From the NCBI GenBank assembly GCA_044222475.1, contig JBGANF010000090.1:1-33860 (forward strand): a stretch of DNA of 33,860 nucleotides, read 5' to 3'. Below are positions 9,043 through 18,037 of the stretch, piece after piece; position 1 is the first letter of the stretch; the number at the start of each line of letters is the position of its first letter. The notes beneath the pieces were generated by a model. The model had not been told where the DNA came from, made no database searches, and saw nothing but the letters and a program-made list of their open reading frames with translations. Position numbers and translations under genes: made by a program. This DNA is from Polyangiaceae bacterium. Its GTDB lineage: Bacteria; Myxococcota_A; Polyangia; Polyangiales; Polyangiaceae.

Positions 9043-10232
9043 CGACCGACCACGTTCACCGTCGCGGTCTTCCGATTGGCCCAGACGAAGCACTTCTTCG
9101 TCAACGTGAAGCTGACGATCCCCGACTCCTTGACGAGCACGCGCGGCTTGTCCTTGCCGTTCGGGCAGCCCTTGGTCGGGCAGGTGACGATCCCGTCGCT
9201 GTTCGCCCAGTACACGTCGTCGTCGTCCGCTTCGAGCCCGGTCGGCTCGTTCTGCAGCGTCGAGAACACTTCGTTCGCCGCGGCGTCTGCGCCCCCGGGC
9301 ACCTTGGAAGCGGAGTAGATCGTCGCCGCAGGCGTGTCGGACCAGAACACTCGGGTCGAGTTCACCGTCATGCCGGAGATGTTCGGCAGCCCGGAGACGA
9401 TCGCTTCGACGTTCGAGCCACCGTCGACTGCGCCCGCCTTCCGCGAGCGGACGATCGTGTTTCCGGACACCCAGACGTAGAAGAAATCCGCGTCCTGGCC
9501 GAAGCCGCCGGCGAAGGCGAGGTTCGTCGGCGCCACCACTTGATAGCCGCCGGCGCCGGCGAGGACGTTCGCGATCGGTGCGCGGTAGAGGCAGTACGGG
9601 CTCTTGCACTCGGGCTTCGAGCCTGCGATCCAGTACGCGTCCGTCGAGTCGACGAACATGAAGCTCGCGAACGCCGAGCTCGCGCTCAGGTCGATCGCGG
9701 GGATCTTGGTGAACGGAACACCCGCGTCGTTCACGACCACGCCGTCCTTCGCCGCGGAGGCGATGTAGAACGCGTAGGGGATGAACTCCATCCAGTAGAG
9801 ATGCGTTGCGTCGGTCGAGTACGCGTGAATGATCGCCCGCCCGTTGACCATCTTGGTGAGACCGGTGCCGTCGAGTTGAACGCGCATGAGGTCGGTCGGC
9901 TTGAGCGTGTCGTTCGCACCGACGGTCCAGAACGCGTACTTGTCGTCCGCGCGGACATAGGAAACGTTCTCTTGCTGAGTGGCGAGGACGCGTGGCTGAC
10001 ACACGCCGCCGACGCAGGCGCCGCCGCAGCAGTCGTGCCCGCAGGTGCCGCAGTTCATCGGATCGCTCGTGAGATCGGCCTTGCAGGCTGCCACGTCGCC
10101 CGACCCATCGGTCGGCACGGCGTCGGTCGAAGCATCACCGGTGCCGCCGAGATCGTCGAGCGGCGTCAAGAGCGAGCAGGCAGCCCCCGCCGCCATCGAC
10201 GCGACAGCAATGGCGAGGCGGCCAAGGCGCAT
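9039..10232 (-). CDS. Cys-rich lipoprotein with beta-propeller repeats
   Basis: Lipobox GAAC; DPMNCGTCGHDCCGGAC; D...(Y/F)W blades; extended -10 TGaTATCTT 6 nt before the ATG. Confidence 0.82.
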   Translation of the reverse strand: MRLGRLAIAVASMAAGAACSLLTPLDDLGGTGDASTDAVPTDGSGDVAACKADLTSDPMNCGTCGHDCCGGACVGGVCQPRVLATQQENVSYVRADDKYAFWTVGANDTLKPTDLMRVQLDGTGLTKMVNGRAIIHAYSTDATHLYWMEFIPYAFYIASAAKDGVVVNDAGVPFTKIPAIDLSASSAFASFMFVDSTDAYWIAGSKPECKSPYCLYRAPIANVLAGAGGYQVVAPTNLAFAGGFGQDADFFYVWVSGNTIVRSRKAGAVDGGSNVEAIVSGLPNISGMTVNSTRVFWSDTPAATIYSASKVPGGADAAANEVFSTLQNEPTGLEADDDDVYWANSDGIVTCPTKGCPNGKDKPRVLVKESGIVSFTLTKKCFVWANRKTATVNVVGR

Positions 10233-10334
10233 CCGACCAAGATATCACTTTTCGTACGCCCGGTTCACGCAACGCGTGGCCTCCTCGGTCATCCTAGTCG
10301 TCCCCGTCCCCGTCCCGTCCAGGAGCATCCAACC

Positions 10335-11201
10335 ATGTCGAAACCGATCCACGTCCTCGTCACTGGCATCACCGGCAAGCAGGGCGGCGCCGTCGCCCGC
10401 CTTCTTCTCGACAAGGGCCACAAGGTGCGCGGCCTCACGCGCAACGCCGAATCACCGGCGGCCAAAGCGCTCGCTGGGCTCGGCGTAACCTTCGCTACCG
10501 GAAGCCTCGACGATCGCGCCGCGGTCGATCGCGCCGTCGCCGGTGTCGACGCGGTCTTCGCGATGAGCACCCCGTTCGAAGCGGGTATGGAGGCCGAAAC
10601 GAAGCAGGGCATCACCGTCGCGGACGCGACCAAGGCCGCCGGCGCGCACCTGGTGTTCACCTCGGTCGGCTCGGCCGACAGGGCGACCGGCATCCCCCAC
10701 TTCGAGAGCAAGTGGGAGGTCGAGAAGCACATCACCAAGATCGGCGCCAAAGCGACCGTAATCGCTCCCGTCTACTTCATGGAGAACGCGATGATGTTCA
10801 CCGGCGAGCAGATGAAGCAGGGCGTCTACGCGACGCCGCTCGCTCCGACGCGCAAGCTCGCCCAAATCGCGCTCGCCGACATCGGAGCGGTCGCGGTGAG
10901 CGTGCTCGAGAACCCGGCGCGCTACGCCGGCAAGCGCTACGACCTCGCAGGCGACGAGGTGAGCGGCAACGACGCCGTCGAGATCCTCTCCCGCGTCACG
11001 GGCAAGAAGTTCAACTACTTCCAGGTCCCGATGGAGAACATCAAGCAGATGAGCGAGGACATGGCGATCATGTACGCCTGGTTCGAGAAGGTCGGCTACT
11101 CGGTCGACCGCGCCGCGCTCGCGAAGGAGTTCCCCGAGGTGAAGTGGCACTCCTACGAGGCCTGGGCGAAGACGCAGGACTGGAAGACGCTGCTCGCCTG
11201 A
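10335..11201 (+). CDS. NmrA/HSCARG-family NAD(P)-binding protein
   Basis: VLVTGITGKQGGAVAR Rossmann motif, GIPHFESKWEVE, PVYFMEN; RBS AGGAG at 10321-10325. Confidence 0.92.
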   Translation: MSKPIHVLVTGITGKQGGAVARLLLDKGHKVRGLTRNAESPAAKALAGLGVTFATGSLDDRAAVDRAVAGVDAVFAMSTPFEAGMEAETKQGITVADATKAAGAHLVFTSVGSADRATGIPHFESKWEVEKHITKIGAKATVIAPVYFMENAMMFTGEQMKQGVYATPLAPTRKLAQIALADIGAVAVSVLENPARYAGKRYDLAGDEVSGNDAVEILSRVTGKKFNYFQVPMENIKQMSEDMAIMYAWFEKVGYSVDRAALAKEFPEVKWHSYEAWAKTQDWKTLLA

Positions 11202-11207
11202 GTCCAG

Positions 11208-12545
11208 CTACGGACAGACCCGCTTCTGCAGCACGAGCGGCGGGAGCGGCTTCTGGGTGAAGTCGAAGGCGTTGAAGAGATCGTTCGCCTGCCCGTCTTG
11301 GGCGGCAGGATCGATGTCGCTCAACGCCTTCGTCGCGCCGAACACCTTCTCGATGAAGCGCGGGATGCTCGCCTGCTCGGCGACGTCCTTCAGGATGTAG
11401 CCCTCCTTGGCGTAGGGCGACACGATGATCAGCGGCAGGCGGAAGCCGAGGCCGTACGGCTTCGTCTTGTCGCAGCCGTACTGCCGCGGCGGCGGGACGT
11501 GATCGTACCAACCGCCGAAGTCGTCCATCGTGATGAGGATCGCGGTGTCCTTCCAGTACTCGCTCTGCATGAGCTTGTTCAGGTGAGATACCGTCCAGTT
11601 CTCGCCATCGCAGATGCCGCCGATGGCCGGGTGCTCGTCCGCGAGATCTTGATCGACCAGCCACGACACCGCCGGCAGCGTCTTGTTGGCGATCGCCGCA
11701 TCGAACTCGGACTCCTTCACGATGTTGGCCCAGCCAGGCCCGTTGCGAATGCCGTCGATGGCGTTGAACATCGACCATACCTCGGGCAGGAGGTAGAAGT
11801 TCGACCCGTAGAACTTCCAGTCGACGCCCTTGGGCAACACGTCCGGCACCGACGGGATCTTGAAGCACGGGAACACCTGCTTCTCGGTGCACGTGTTCTG
11901 ATCCTCGATCGAGACGACGGTGCTCTTGGCCTGATCGCAGCCCCAGTACGGGTGGATGATCGACGTGTTCGGGTTGCCGTACGCCCAGCCCGACTGCGCG
12001 GCGAGGACGAACGTGTGACCGGGGAAGCTCGGCCCGAGGACGTTGGCGAAGAAGTGATCCGCCAAGACGAAGTGGCGCGCGTACTGCCAGTAGTTGGGGA
12101 GGTCGGACTCTTGGTATTGGGCATAGGCGAGGTTGTCGCCGTTGACGCTCGAGCCGGACACGTCGTCCCAGCCGTCCATCGCGCCGCCGTTCCAGTCGGT
12201 GAGGGCGCACGAGTGCTGGTGGCAGAGATCGCGCGGCGTCTTGTCGGGCGCGTGGGGCGGCGTGATCATCCCGTTCTTCGTCTTCGCCAGCTTCGCCCCC
12301 TCGGCGCCGGGGAACGAGCCGAAGTAGTTGTCGAACGTGTGGTTCTCTTTCACGACGACGACGACGTGCTTGATCGGGATCGGGATCGGCGGAGGCGCAT
12401 CCGGCGCGGCATCGATCGGGGGCGCGGCGTCCGGCGTGACCGAGACGTCGGTCCCGGCGTCCGGGGTGGGTGTCGGCTCTTCCGGCGTGCTGCCGCAAGC
12501 GAAGAGCGGGAGGGCGAGAGCTCCGACGAGCAGCGCGCGACGCAT
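11208..12545 (-). CDS. Phosphoesterase-family (phospholipase C / acid phosphatase AcpA-like) lipoprotein
   Basis: IKHVVVVVKENHTFDNYFG, GAMDGW, LADHFF, GPSFPGH, DDFGGWYDHVPPP, GFRLPLIIVSPY; lipobox LFAC after start ATG 12545. Confidence 0.9.
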   Translation of the reverse strand: MRRALLVGALALPLFACGSTPEEPTPTPDAGTDVSVTPDAAPPIDAAPDAPPPIPIPIKHVVVVVKENHTFDNYFGSFPGAEGAKLAKTKNGMITPPHAPDKTPRDLCHQHSCALTDWNGGAMDGWDDVSGSSVNGDNLAYAQYQESDLPNYWQYARHFVLADHFFANVLGPSFPGHTFVLAAQSGWAYGNPNTSIIHPYWGCDQAKSTVVSIEDQNTCTEKQVFPCFKIPSVPDVLPKGVDWKFYGSNFYLLPEVWSMFNAIDGIRNGPGWANIVKESEFDAAIANKTLPAVSWLVDQDLADEHPAIGGICDGENWTVSHLNKLMQSEYWKDTAILITMDDFGGWYDHVPPPRQYGCDKTKPYGLGFRLPLIIVSPYAKEGYILKDVAEQASIPRFIEKVFGATKALSDIDPAAQDGQANDLFNAFDFTQKPLPPLVLQKRVCP

Positions 12546-12604
12546 GGGCGAAACATGCTCGTTTTTTGCGGGATCGCAAGACACAAAGGGCGTAGAACTT
12601 CGGC

Positions 12605-12817
12605 GTGGAGAACGTCGTCTGCTCGATGTGTGGGGAGTCCGCCGCGCCCGACCGTGCGATCGTCGGAGACACTGGGGCAATTTGCGTCGATTGCGTCTGG
12701 ATGTGCGTCGACATCCTCGAGGAGCGCGGCGAGAAGCGCCCCGATCCCGACGCGTTCGACGAGTTCGAAGAGACGAGCAAGGTCCACGACCGCGGCACGT
12801 TTCCACCGCCGAAGTGA
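12605..12817 (+). CDS. Stand-alone ClpX-type C4 zinc-finger protein (70 aa)
   Basis: CSMCG...AIVG...AICVDCVWMCVDILEE matches the ClpX zinc-binding domain pattern CSFCG...ICDECV.LC..IL. Confidence 0.75.
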   Translation: MENVVCSMCGESAAPDRAIVGDTGAICVDCVWMCVDILEERGEKRPDPDAFDEFEETSKVHDRGTFPPPK

Positions 12818-12819
12818 CG

Positions 12820-14361
12820 CTAGAGCTTCCACCCGTTCGTCTGGACGAAGTCGACGAGGTCGGGGTCCTGCAGCGTGACCGGTCGCAGGTACTCTCCCGC
12901 GGGCTCTCGGTGCCACCAGTCGGCCTGGCCGAAGCGCGTCATCGTGTAGCGAAAGCGCTCGATGCGGATCCACCGCGGTGGCGCGTCGGGGAACGGATCG
13001 ACGGCGAGCAGGGCCTTGGGCGCGTGATCGCCGCGCAGCAGCTGCTGGACGAGGTGCACGATCCACGGCTCGTCCTCGTAGGTGCTCATCGCGGCGAACC
13101 ACATCTGCCAATCGAGGCGGTAGTGCCACGGTGAGATCACGCACGGCCGCCGGGCCGGATCTCCCGGCTTGCACGGCAGCTCGTAGGCGCGCCACTCGGT
13201 CCGTTCGGTCGGCGTCTCGTCGCGCGTGCCTTCGATCACGAGCTCGTAGCGCTCCTTGTCGACCGTGCCGAACGCGCCGTACGAGCTCACGAGGCCGAGC
13301 GGCTCGTACGTCGTGTTCATCGTCTGGTTGGGAGACACGAGGTTCGCGAGCGGCATGATGCTCAAGAGCACGACGACGAACCCGAGCACGCGCGAGGCCA
13401 GCTCGTGGCGGCGTGAGGGCGCCGTGACTTCGCGCGCGCGTACCGATTTGGGAAAGAACCGACCGAGCGCCGAGTCGTCGAAGCAAGCGAGCGCCGGCAC
13501 GATCGTGAGCCAGTTCAAGAACGAGAGGTTCCCGCTCGCGATCAGGAACACCTGGAAGCTGACGAAGAGAAGCCCCGCGACGTGCCGCGCCCGCGCCGGG
13601 GCGAACGCGAAGAACGGGGCGACGAGCTCGACGAGGTGATTGTAGAGTACACCCACCTTGTGGAACCAGGGCGGCGCCTGGTTCAACACCCAGCTCACCG
13701 GGCTCGGCACCGGCTGCGTCTCGTAGTGCCACTCGAGGCACGTGAGCTCGGTCCAGCACGCGTCGCCGCGCAGCTTGATGAGCCCGGCGCCCAGCATGAT
13801 CCGGACGATGAGCCAGCGGAACATCCAGATCACCGCGATGGGCGGTCGCGAGCGCGGCAACGGATGAAACGTGCGGAGCGGGCAGAGGAAGATCGAGAGG
13901 AACCCGGTCTCGAGCAGCTGCGACTCCCACCCGTAGCCGTAGAAGACCTGCCCCACGTGGGCGATCGACATGTAGAGGATCCACAGCGCGACCTGCACGA
14001 CCGCGTTCGTCGCCCCGCAGAGGACCGCGAGCGAGAGCGCGGCGCCGAGGCCGCACGTGATCCGCAGCGCGAGATCGCTCGTTCCGACGATCCAGAGGAT
14101 CGTCGGCAAGCGAAGCACCGCGACGGTGGTCCCTCGCTCCCGCACGATCCAGTGGAGGAAGTCGTGCGCGGGCAGCAGCCCGTCGTCGCCGACGAGCGCC
14201 GGGAGCTGGAAGAACGCCGACGCGAACGCGACGAAGTAGACGAGCCCGAGCAGGCGCATCATGAAGAAGCGCGTCGTCTGGTACGTGACGCCCGGCTTGA
14301 ACAGCGCGACGAAGAGACGCCGCTCCGGCCCGTCGAGCGTCGCCGGGTCGAAGTCCTCCAT
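12820..14361 (-). CDS. Lipase maturation factor (LMF1) family membrane protein
   Basis: LGLVYFVAF.S...LVGDDGLLPA, FYGYGWESQLLETGFL, GAGLIKLRGD.CW..LTCL..HYETQP, SGNLSFLNWLT, PCKPG, HYRLDWQMWFAA; start at ATG 14361. Confidence 0.92.
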   Translation of the reverse strand: MEDFDPATLDGPERRLFVALFKPGVTYQTTRFFMMRLLGLVYFVAFASAFFQLPALVGDDGLLPAHDFLHWIVRERGTTVAVLRLPTILWIVGTSDLALRITCGLGAALSLAVLCGATNAVVQVALWILYMSIAHVGQVFYGYGWESQLLETGFLSIFLCPLRTFHPLPRSRPPIAVIWMFRWLIVRIMLGAGLIKLRGDACWTELTCLEWHYETQPVPSPVSWVLNQAPPWFHKVGVLYNHLVELVAPFFAFAPARARHVAGLLFVSFQVFLIASGNLSFLNWLTIVPALACFDDSALGRFFPKSVRAREVTAPSRRHELASRVLGFVVVLLSIMPLANLVSPNQTMNTTYEPLGLVSSYGAFGTVDKERYELVIEGTRDETPTERTEWRAYELPCKPGDPARRPCVISPWHYRLDWQMWFAAMSTYEDEPWIVHLVQQLLRGDHAPKALLAVDPFPDAPPRWIRIERFRYTMTRFGQADWWHREPAGEYLRPVTLQDPDLVDFVQTNGWKL

Positions 14362-14366
14362 GGACT

Positions 14367-14792
14367 TCAGTCCGCCTTCACGCACTCGCCGTTCGGCTGG
14401 AGGACGCAGTGGTAGGTGGCGCGCTGCGGGCGCGCGGACTCGTCGCACTTCGGAGCGTCGGCGCTGAGCCCGTCGGAGCAGACGACCGACGCGCCACCGG
14501 TGCAGTACTCGAGGCACGTCTCCCCTGCGCCGACGGCTGCGCTGCACGAGTGCTTGCGCACGAAGACCCTGTCCTTCGCCTCACCCGCCGCGACGCGGTA
14601 GCGCGCAGGGGTCGTGGCCGGCTCGATGGGCACGAGGTACGCGCACCCCTGCCAAAAACCACACTCCGAGATCGCCTCGCAGACGGGCCCGGTGGGCGTG
14701 GGCACGTGCGACGGCGGCTGTTCTTCCCCGCAGAACGACGTGGCGACGGCCAGAAGAGGCAGCGTCCAGACGATCACGGCTTTACGCATCAC
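14367..14792 (-). CDS. Small secreted Cys-rich hypothetical protein (probable lipoprotein)
   Basis: Hydrophobic signal ending in Cys, 10 further Cys; TATGCT 6 nt before the GTG; ends 5 nt before the LMF1 start. Confidence 0.7.
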   Translation of the reverse strand: MMRKAVIVWTLPLLAVATSFCGEEQPPSHVPTPTGPVCEAISECGFWQGCAYLVPIEPATTPARYRVAAGEAKDRVFVRKHSCSAAVGAGETCLEYCTGGASVVCSDGLSADAPKCDESARPQRATYHCVLQPNGECVKAD

Positions 14793-14833
14793 CCCTGGAG
14801 CATACCTCGGAAGTCGGCGTACCCTCTCGCTCC

Positions 14834-17344
14834 ATGGCGCGGGCGTTTCGGATCGAGGAGCTGAAACCAGGGGACCTCGCTGGCGGAGGGCTCGCGAAGC
14901 TGCTCGCGTCCGTCGTCGTCCCGGACAAGGCGTGGGCGAAGCACGTCGCGAAGCTCGGCAAGGGCACCGGCAAGAAGACGTGCAAGGCGTTCAGCGAAGC
15001 GCTCGGGCACGACGTCCCGAAGGAGATCGCCGAGTGGCTCGATCTCGAAGGCAAGCGCGGCATCCCCGAGCCGCACGACTCGGGTTGGTGGATCGCGCTC
15101 GACGCGGCCGTGCCGGAGAAGGGCGCGGCGGGCGCGCAGAAGGCGCTCGCGAAGCAGGCGCTCCTCCTGTTGACCGGGCTCGCGCCGTTCGGAACCGACG
15201 CGTCGGGCGATCAGGTGTTCGCCTCGCTCCGGCCGCACCCGCTCGGCGTCGCGGAGGTGTACCTGTTCAACCACGAGAACGGCGAAGTCGAAGAGAAGGA
15301 GGGCGAGTCGATCGCCGACTTCATCGTCCACAAGTGGGTGTGCGCGGACGACCCCGACGACGACGACGCGCGACCGGGCTGGATCGGCAAGGAACACAAG
15401 AAGGTCGTGGCCGCGCAGAAGGCGTTCGCGGCGAAGGCGAAGAAGGCGCTCGCGAAGCGCGCGAAGCACCTCGCGCCCGGCGCGCTGTGGGAGCGATCCC
15501 ACTGGCTCTTCGGCCTGCTCGCTGGCGAGCCGGCGTTCCGGTTTCCCCAGCACCTCGCGCGCGCGCCGTCGCTCGCGACGTACCGCCGCGAGAAGCCGAC
15601 GTTGGCGAAGCAGCCGCAGCTCGCGCTCTACTGGATCCTCGCGCACCTCTTCTTCGGTGACGACGACGCGTGCCGCGAAGCCGCGACGCTCGCGCGCAAG
15701 TCGAAGGGGCGCGTCGTTCGGGAGCTCGCCGCGTCGGCGCTCGCGTTCCTCGATGGGAAGCGCAAGTCGCCGTTCGACGCGCTCAGCGCGGCGTCGCTCG
15801 CGAAAGGTCGCGCGCTCGTCGCGAAGAACGCGCTCGCCGAGCAGGTCGCGAAGAAGCCCGCCAAGGGCTCGAAGGCGACGAGCGACGCCGGGTCGGATGC
15901 GAGCAGCCACGATGCAGCGCTCGAAGCGCTCGCCAAGTCCGACCCGTCGAAGGCGCCGCTCATCAAGGACTACTTCTCCGAGCGAACGAGCGAGGCCTAC
16001 AACCACTGGCCGTACAAGAAGACCATCCCCGATTGGCTCGTCGCCCCGGCGGCGGCCGCGTTCCGCGCCGGGCTCGCGGTCGATCTCGGGCACCCGAAGG
16101 CGTACGCCGGCGTGACCCGCGCCATCGCAGAGCGCGCCGATCACCCGGACGCGCGCGCGGCGCTGATCGCGGCGCTGGGCACGCTCGCGCCGGACGACGA
16201 TCGCCTCGAGCACGTGGTAGGCGCGCTCGTTCCGAGGACCGAACCCGAGGTGCGCGAGGCGATCCGCGGCGCTGCGTGGCGATGGCTCGACGCGGCCGCG
16301 AGCATCGACGAGGTGCTCAAGAAGCGCCAGGAGCGCAACACGCTCGACGACATGGTGGCCAAGGACGATCACCTTCAGCCGGCCGTGCACTCGGTGCTGA
16401 AGGCGTGCGACGAAGAAGCCGAGAAGCTCGCGGTCGCGATCTCGGCGAAGCAGCTGAGCTTCCGGGTGCTCAAGACGACCGGCGGCCTCGTGCTCCGCGT
16501 GTACGGCAAGCGCGGCATGAACGATCGCCTCGAGCGCATGCAGTACTTCCTGTCGCTGCTCGACGGCGTGCCGGGCTCGAAGGATCCCGAGGAGCCCGGG
16601 GTCCGCCTCGACACGACGGCCAGCGTCGCGATGGCCGAGGCATCGCTCGCGATCGCGCGCATCGATCCGGCGGACGCTCGCACCCGCTTCGCCGCGATGC
16701 TCGCGCGACCGCGCCGGACGCCCGATCGCGAGGCGGCCGTCGCCGCGTGCCTCTTGCCCGGCATCCTCGCCCTCGATGCGAGCGACGCGACCGGTCTCCA
16801 GTGGCTGGAGCGCGTGCTCGGCGCGCGGGCGGCGCCTCCGTGGGTCTACGGAGCGATCGTCGCCGCGCGCGAGGCGAAGGTGATCTCCGCGGCGAGTTGG
16901 ATCCTCCCGCATGCGTACGCGTCGCGGATCAACTCGATGATGGATGAGTTCGCGCAGATCGAAGCGACGGCGCGGGAAGCGCTCGAAGCGCTCGGACAGC
17001 CTGCTCCCCCGTTCGACGAGGACGACGAGTATGCGCGGAACGTCCCGCCGGAGCAGCTCGGCAGCGCGCTGCTCGTACGCGGAAAGTACGACAAGGGCGC
17101 CGTCGTCGAGCGCATCCGCGAGTCGAAGCGCTTGGTCGAGGCCGTCCCCGCGGTCGGCGCGTTCCTCCAGGACTCGCTCCGGTTCTCGAAGTGGGAGCCG
17201 CGGAGCCACTTCACCGACGACGAGCTGAGGGACGCGATCGCGATCCTGACGAACGCGGGCGAAGAAGGCGCGAAGGAGATCGCGCGACTCGCCGAGCTGC
17301 CCGAGATCGGAGATTGGGCGAAGGAGATGCTGCGCGGTGAGTGA
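14834..17344 (+). CDS. Large hypothetical protein: N-terminal SMI1/KNR4 (SUKH)-like domain plus alpha-helical solenoid
   Basis: ALGHDVPKEIAEWL...PFGTDASGDQVFASL...VYLFNHE...ESIADFI; the remainder is Ala/Leu-rich helical, HEAT-like. Confidence 0.65.
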   Translation: MARAFRIEELKPGDLAGGGLAKLLASVVVPDKAWAKHVAKLGKGTGKKTCKAFSEALGHDVPKEIAEWLDLEGKRGIPEPHDSGWWIALDAAVPEKGAAGAQKALAKQALLLLTGLAPFGTDASGDQVFASLRPHPLGVAEVYLFNHENGEVEEKEGESIADFIVHKWVCADDPDDDDARPGWIGKEHKKVVAAQKAFAAKAKKALAKRAKHLAPGALWERSHWLFGLLAGEPAFRFPQHLARAPSLATYRREKPTLAKQPQLALYWILAHLFFGDDDACREAATLARKSKGRVVRELAASALAFLDGKRKSPFDALSAASLAKGRALVAKNALAEQVAKKPAKGSKATSDAGSDASSHDAALEALAKSDPSKAPLIKDYFSERTSEAYNHWPYKKTIPDWLVAPAAAAFRAGLAVDLGHPKAYAGVTRAIAERADHPDARAALIAALGTLAPDDDRLEHVVGALVPRTEPEVREAIRGAAWRWLDAAASIDEVLKKRQERNTLDDMVAKDDHLQPAVHSVLKACDEEAEKLAVAISAKQLSFRVLKTTGGLVLRVYGKRGMNDRLERMQYFLSLLDGVPGSKDPEEPGVRLDTTASVAMAEASLAIARIDPADARTRFAAMLARPRRTPDREAAVAACLLPGILALDASDATGLQWLERVLGARAAPPWVYGAIVAAREAKVISAASWILPHAYASRINSMMDEFAQIEATAREALEALGQPAPPFDEDDEYARNVPPEQLGSALLVRGKYDKGAVVERIRESKRLVEAVPAVGAFLQDSLRFSKWEPRSHFTDDELRDAIAILTNAGEEGAKEIARLAELPEIGDWAKEMLRGE

Positions 17345-18037
17345 CTACCGCAGCACGCGCGACGTCGCGATCACCGCTCCGACGTAGAGCCCGAGCAGCG
17401 CGCCGATCGCGACGCCGCCGAGCGACCCGAGGTAGACGAGGCCGCTCATCGATCCGTCCCGCGCCCCGGGCTGAGCCGAGAGCGAACGGGAGAGCGCTCG
17501 ACCCGACGCGAGGAGCTGGTGGTCGCCGATGCGCGTCGCCACGAGCCAGCCGAGGCCGCCGAGCACGACGGCGACCGCGAGGGCGACGATCACGCACGCC
17601 GCGATGCGGTGCTCGCGCCCTCCCGCGCCGCGGTCCTGCACCGCGAGCGCCGCGGCGACGAGCGTGGCGGCGCCGAACGGCATGGCGAAGATCACCGGGC
17701 CGCCCATGAATGGGGCCGACAGCGAGCCGAACCCGCCGATCGCGAACGCCCCGGGCAGGATGCCGGCGATCGCGCCGGCCAGCAGCGCCGCGGGGATCGG
17801 GGCGAGCGCGGCGCGACGCGCGGCGACCGCATCGAGCAGCGCGATCGCACCGGCGATCGAGGCGCCGAGCATCGCACCGGACAGGATCGCGTACGCGGCG
17901 AACGCCGGCGCGAGCCACTCCCACGGCAACGCGACGTTGGAGTTCGCGGCGACGTAGGCTAGCCCGGCGAACGCGGCGAACGCGGCACCGGCCGCCGAGC
18001 CGGTGAGCGCGCCTCGCGCCGCGGCGCGACCGATCAT
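17345..18037 (-). CDS. Hypothetical polytopic membrane protein
   Basis: About 6 Gly/Ala-rich hydrophobic segments; start ATG 18037 overlaps the SMUG1 stop (ATGA). Confidence 0.7.
   Translation of the reverse strand: MIGRAAARGALTGSAAGAAFAAFAGLAYVAANSNVALPWEWLAPAFAAYAILSGAMLGASIAGAIALLDAVAARRAALAPIPAALLAGAIAGILPGAFAIGGFGSLSAPFMGGPVIFAMPFGAATLVAAALAVQDRGAGGREHRIAACVIVALAVAVVLGGLGWLVATRIGDHQLLASGRALSRSLSAQPGARDGSMSGLVYLGSLGGVAIGALLGLYVGAVIATSRVLR

Noticed and set aside
10299..10320. Short tandem repeat CGTCCC-CGTCCC-CGTCC-CGTCC before the NmrA RBS
   Set aside because: Too short and degenerate to support phase variation or a repeat family
7957..11201. Apparent long fusion ORFs 7957-10002 and 8658-11201 in the ORF track
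   Set aside because: The N-terminal extensions are shadow sequence; the real starts are 9042 (signal peptide) and 10335 (RBS plus Rossmann motif)
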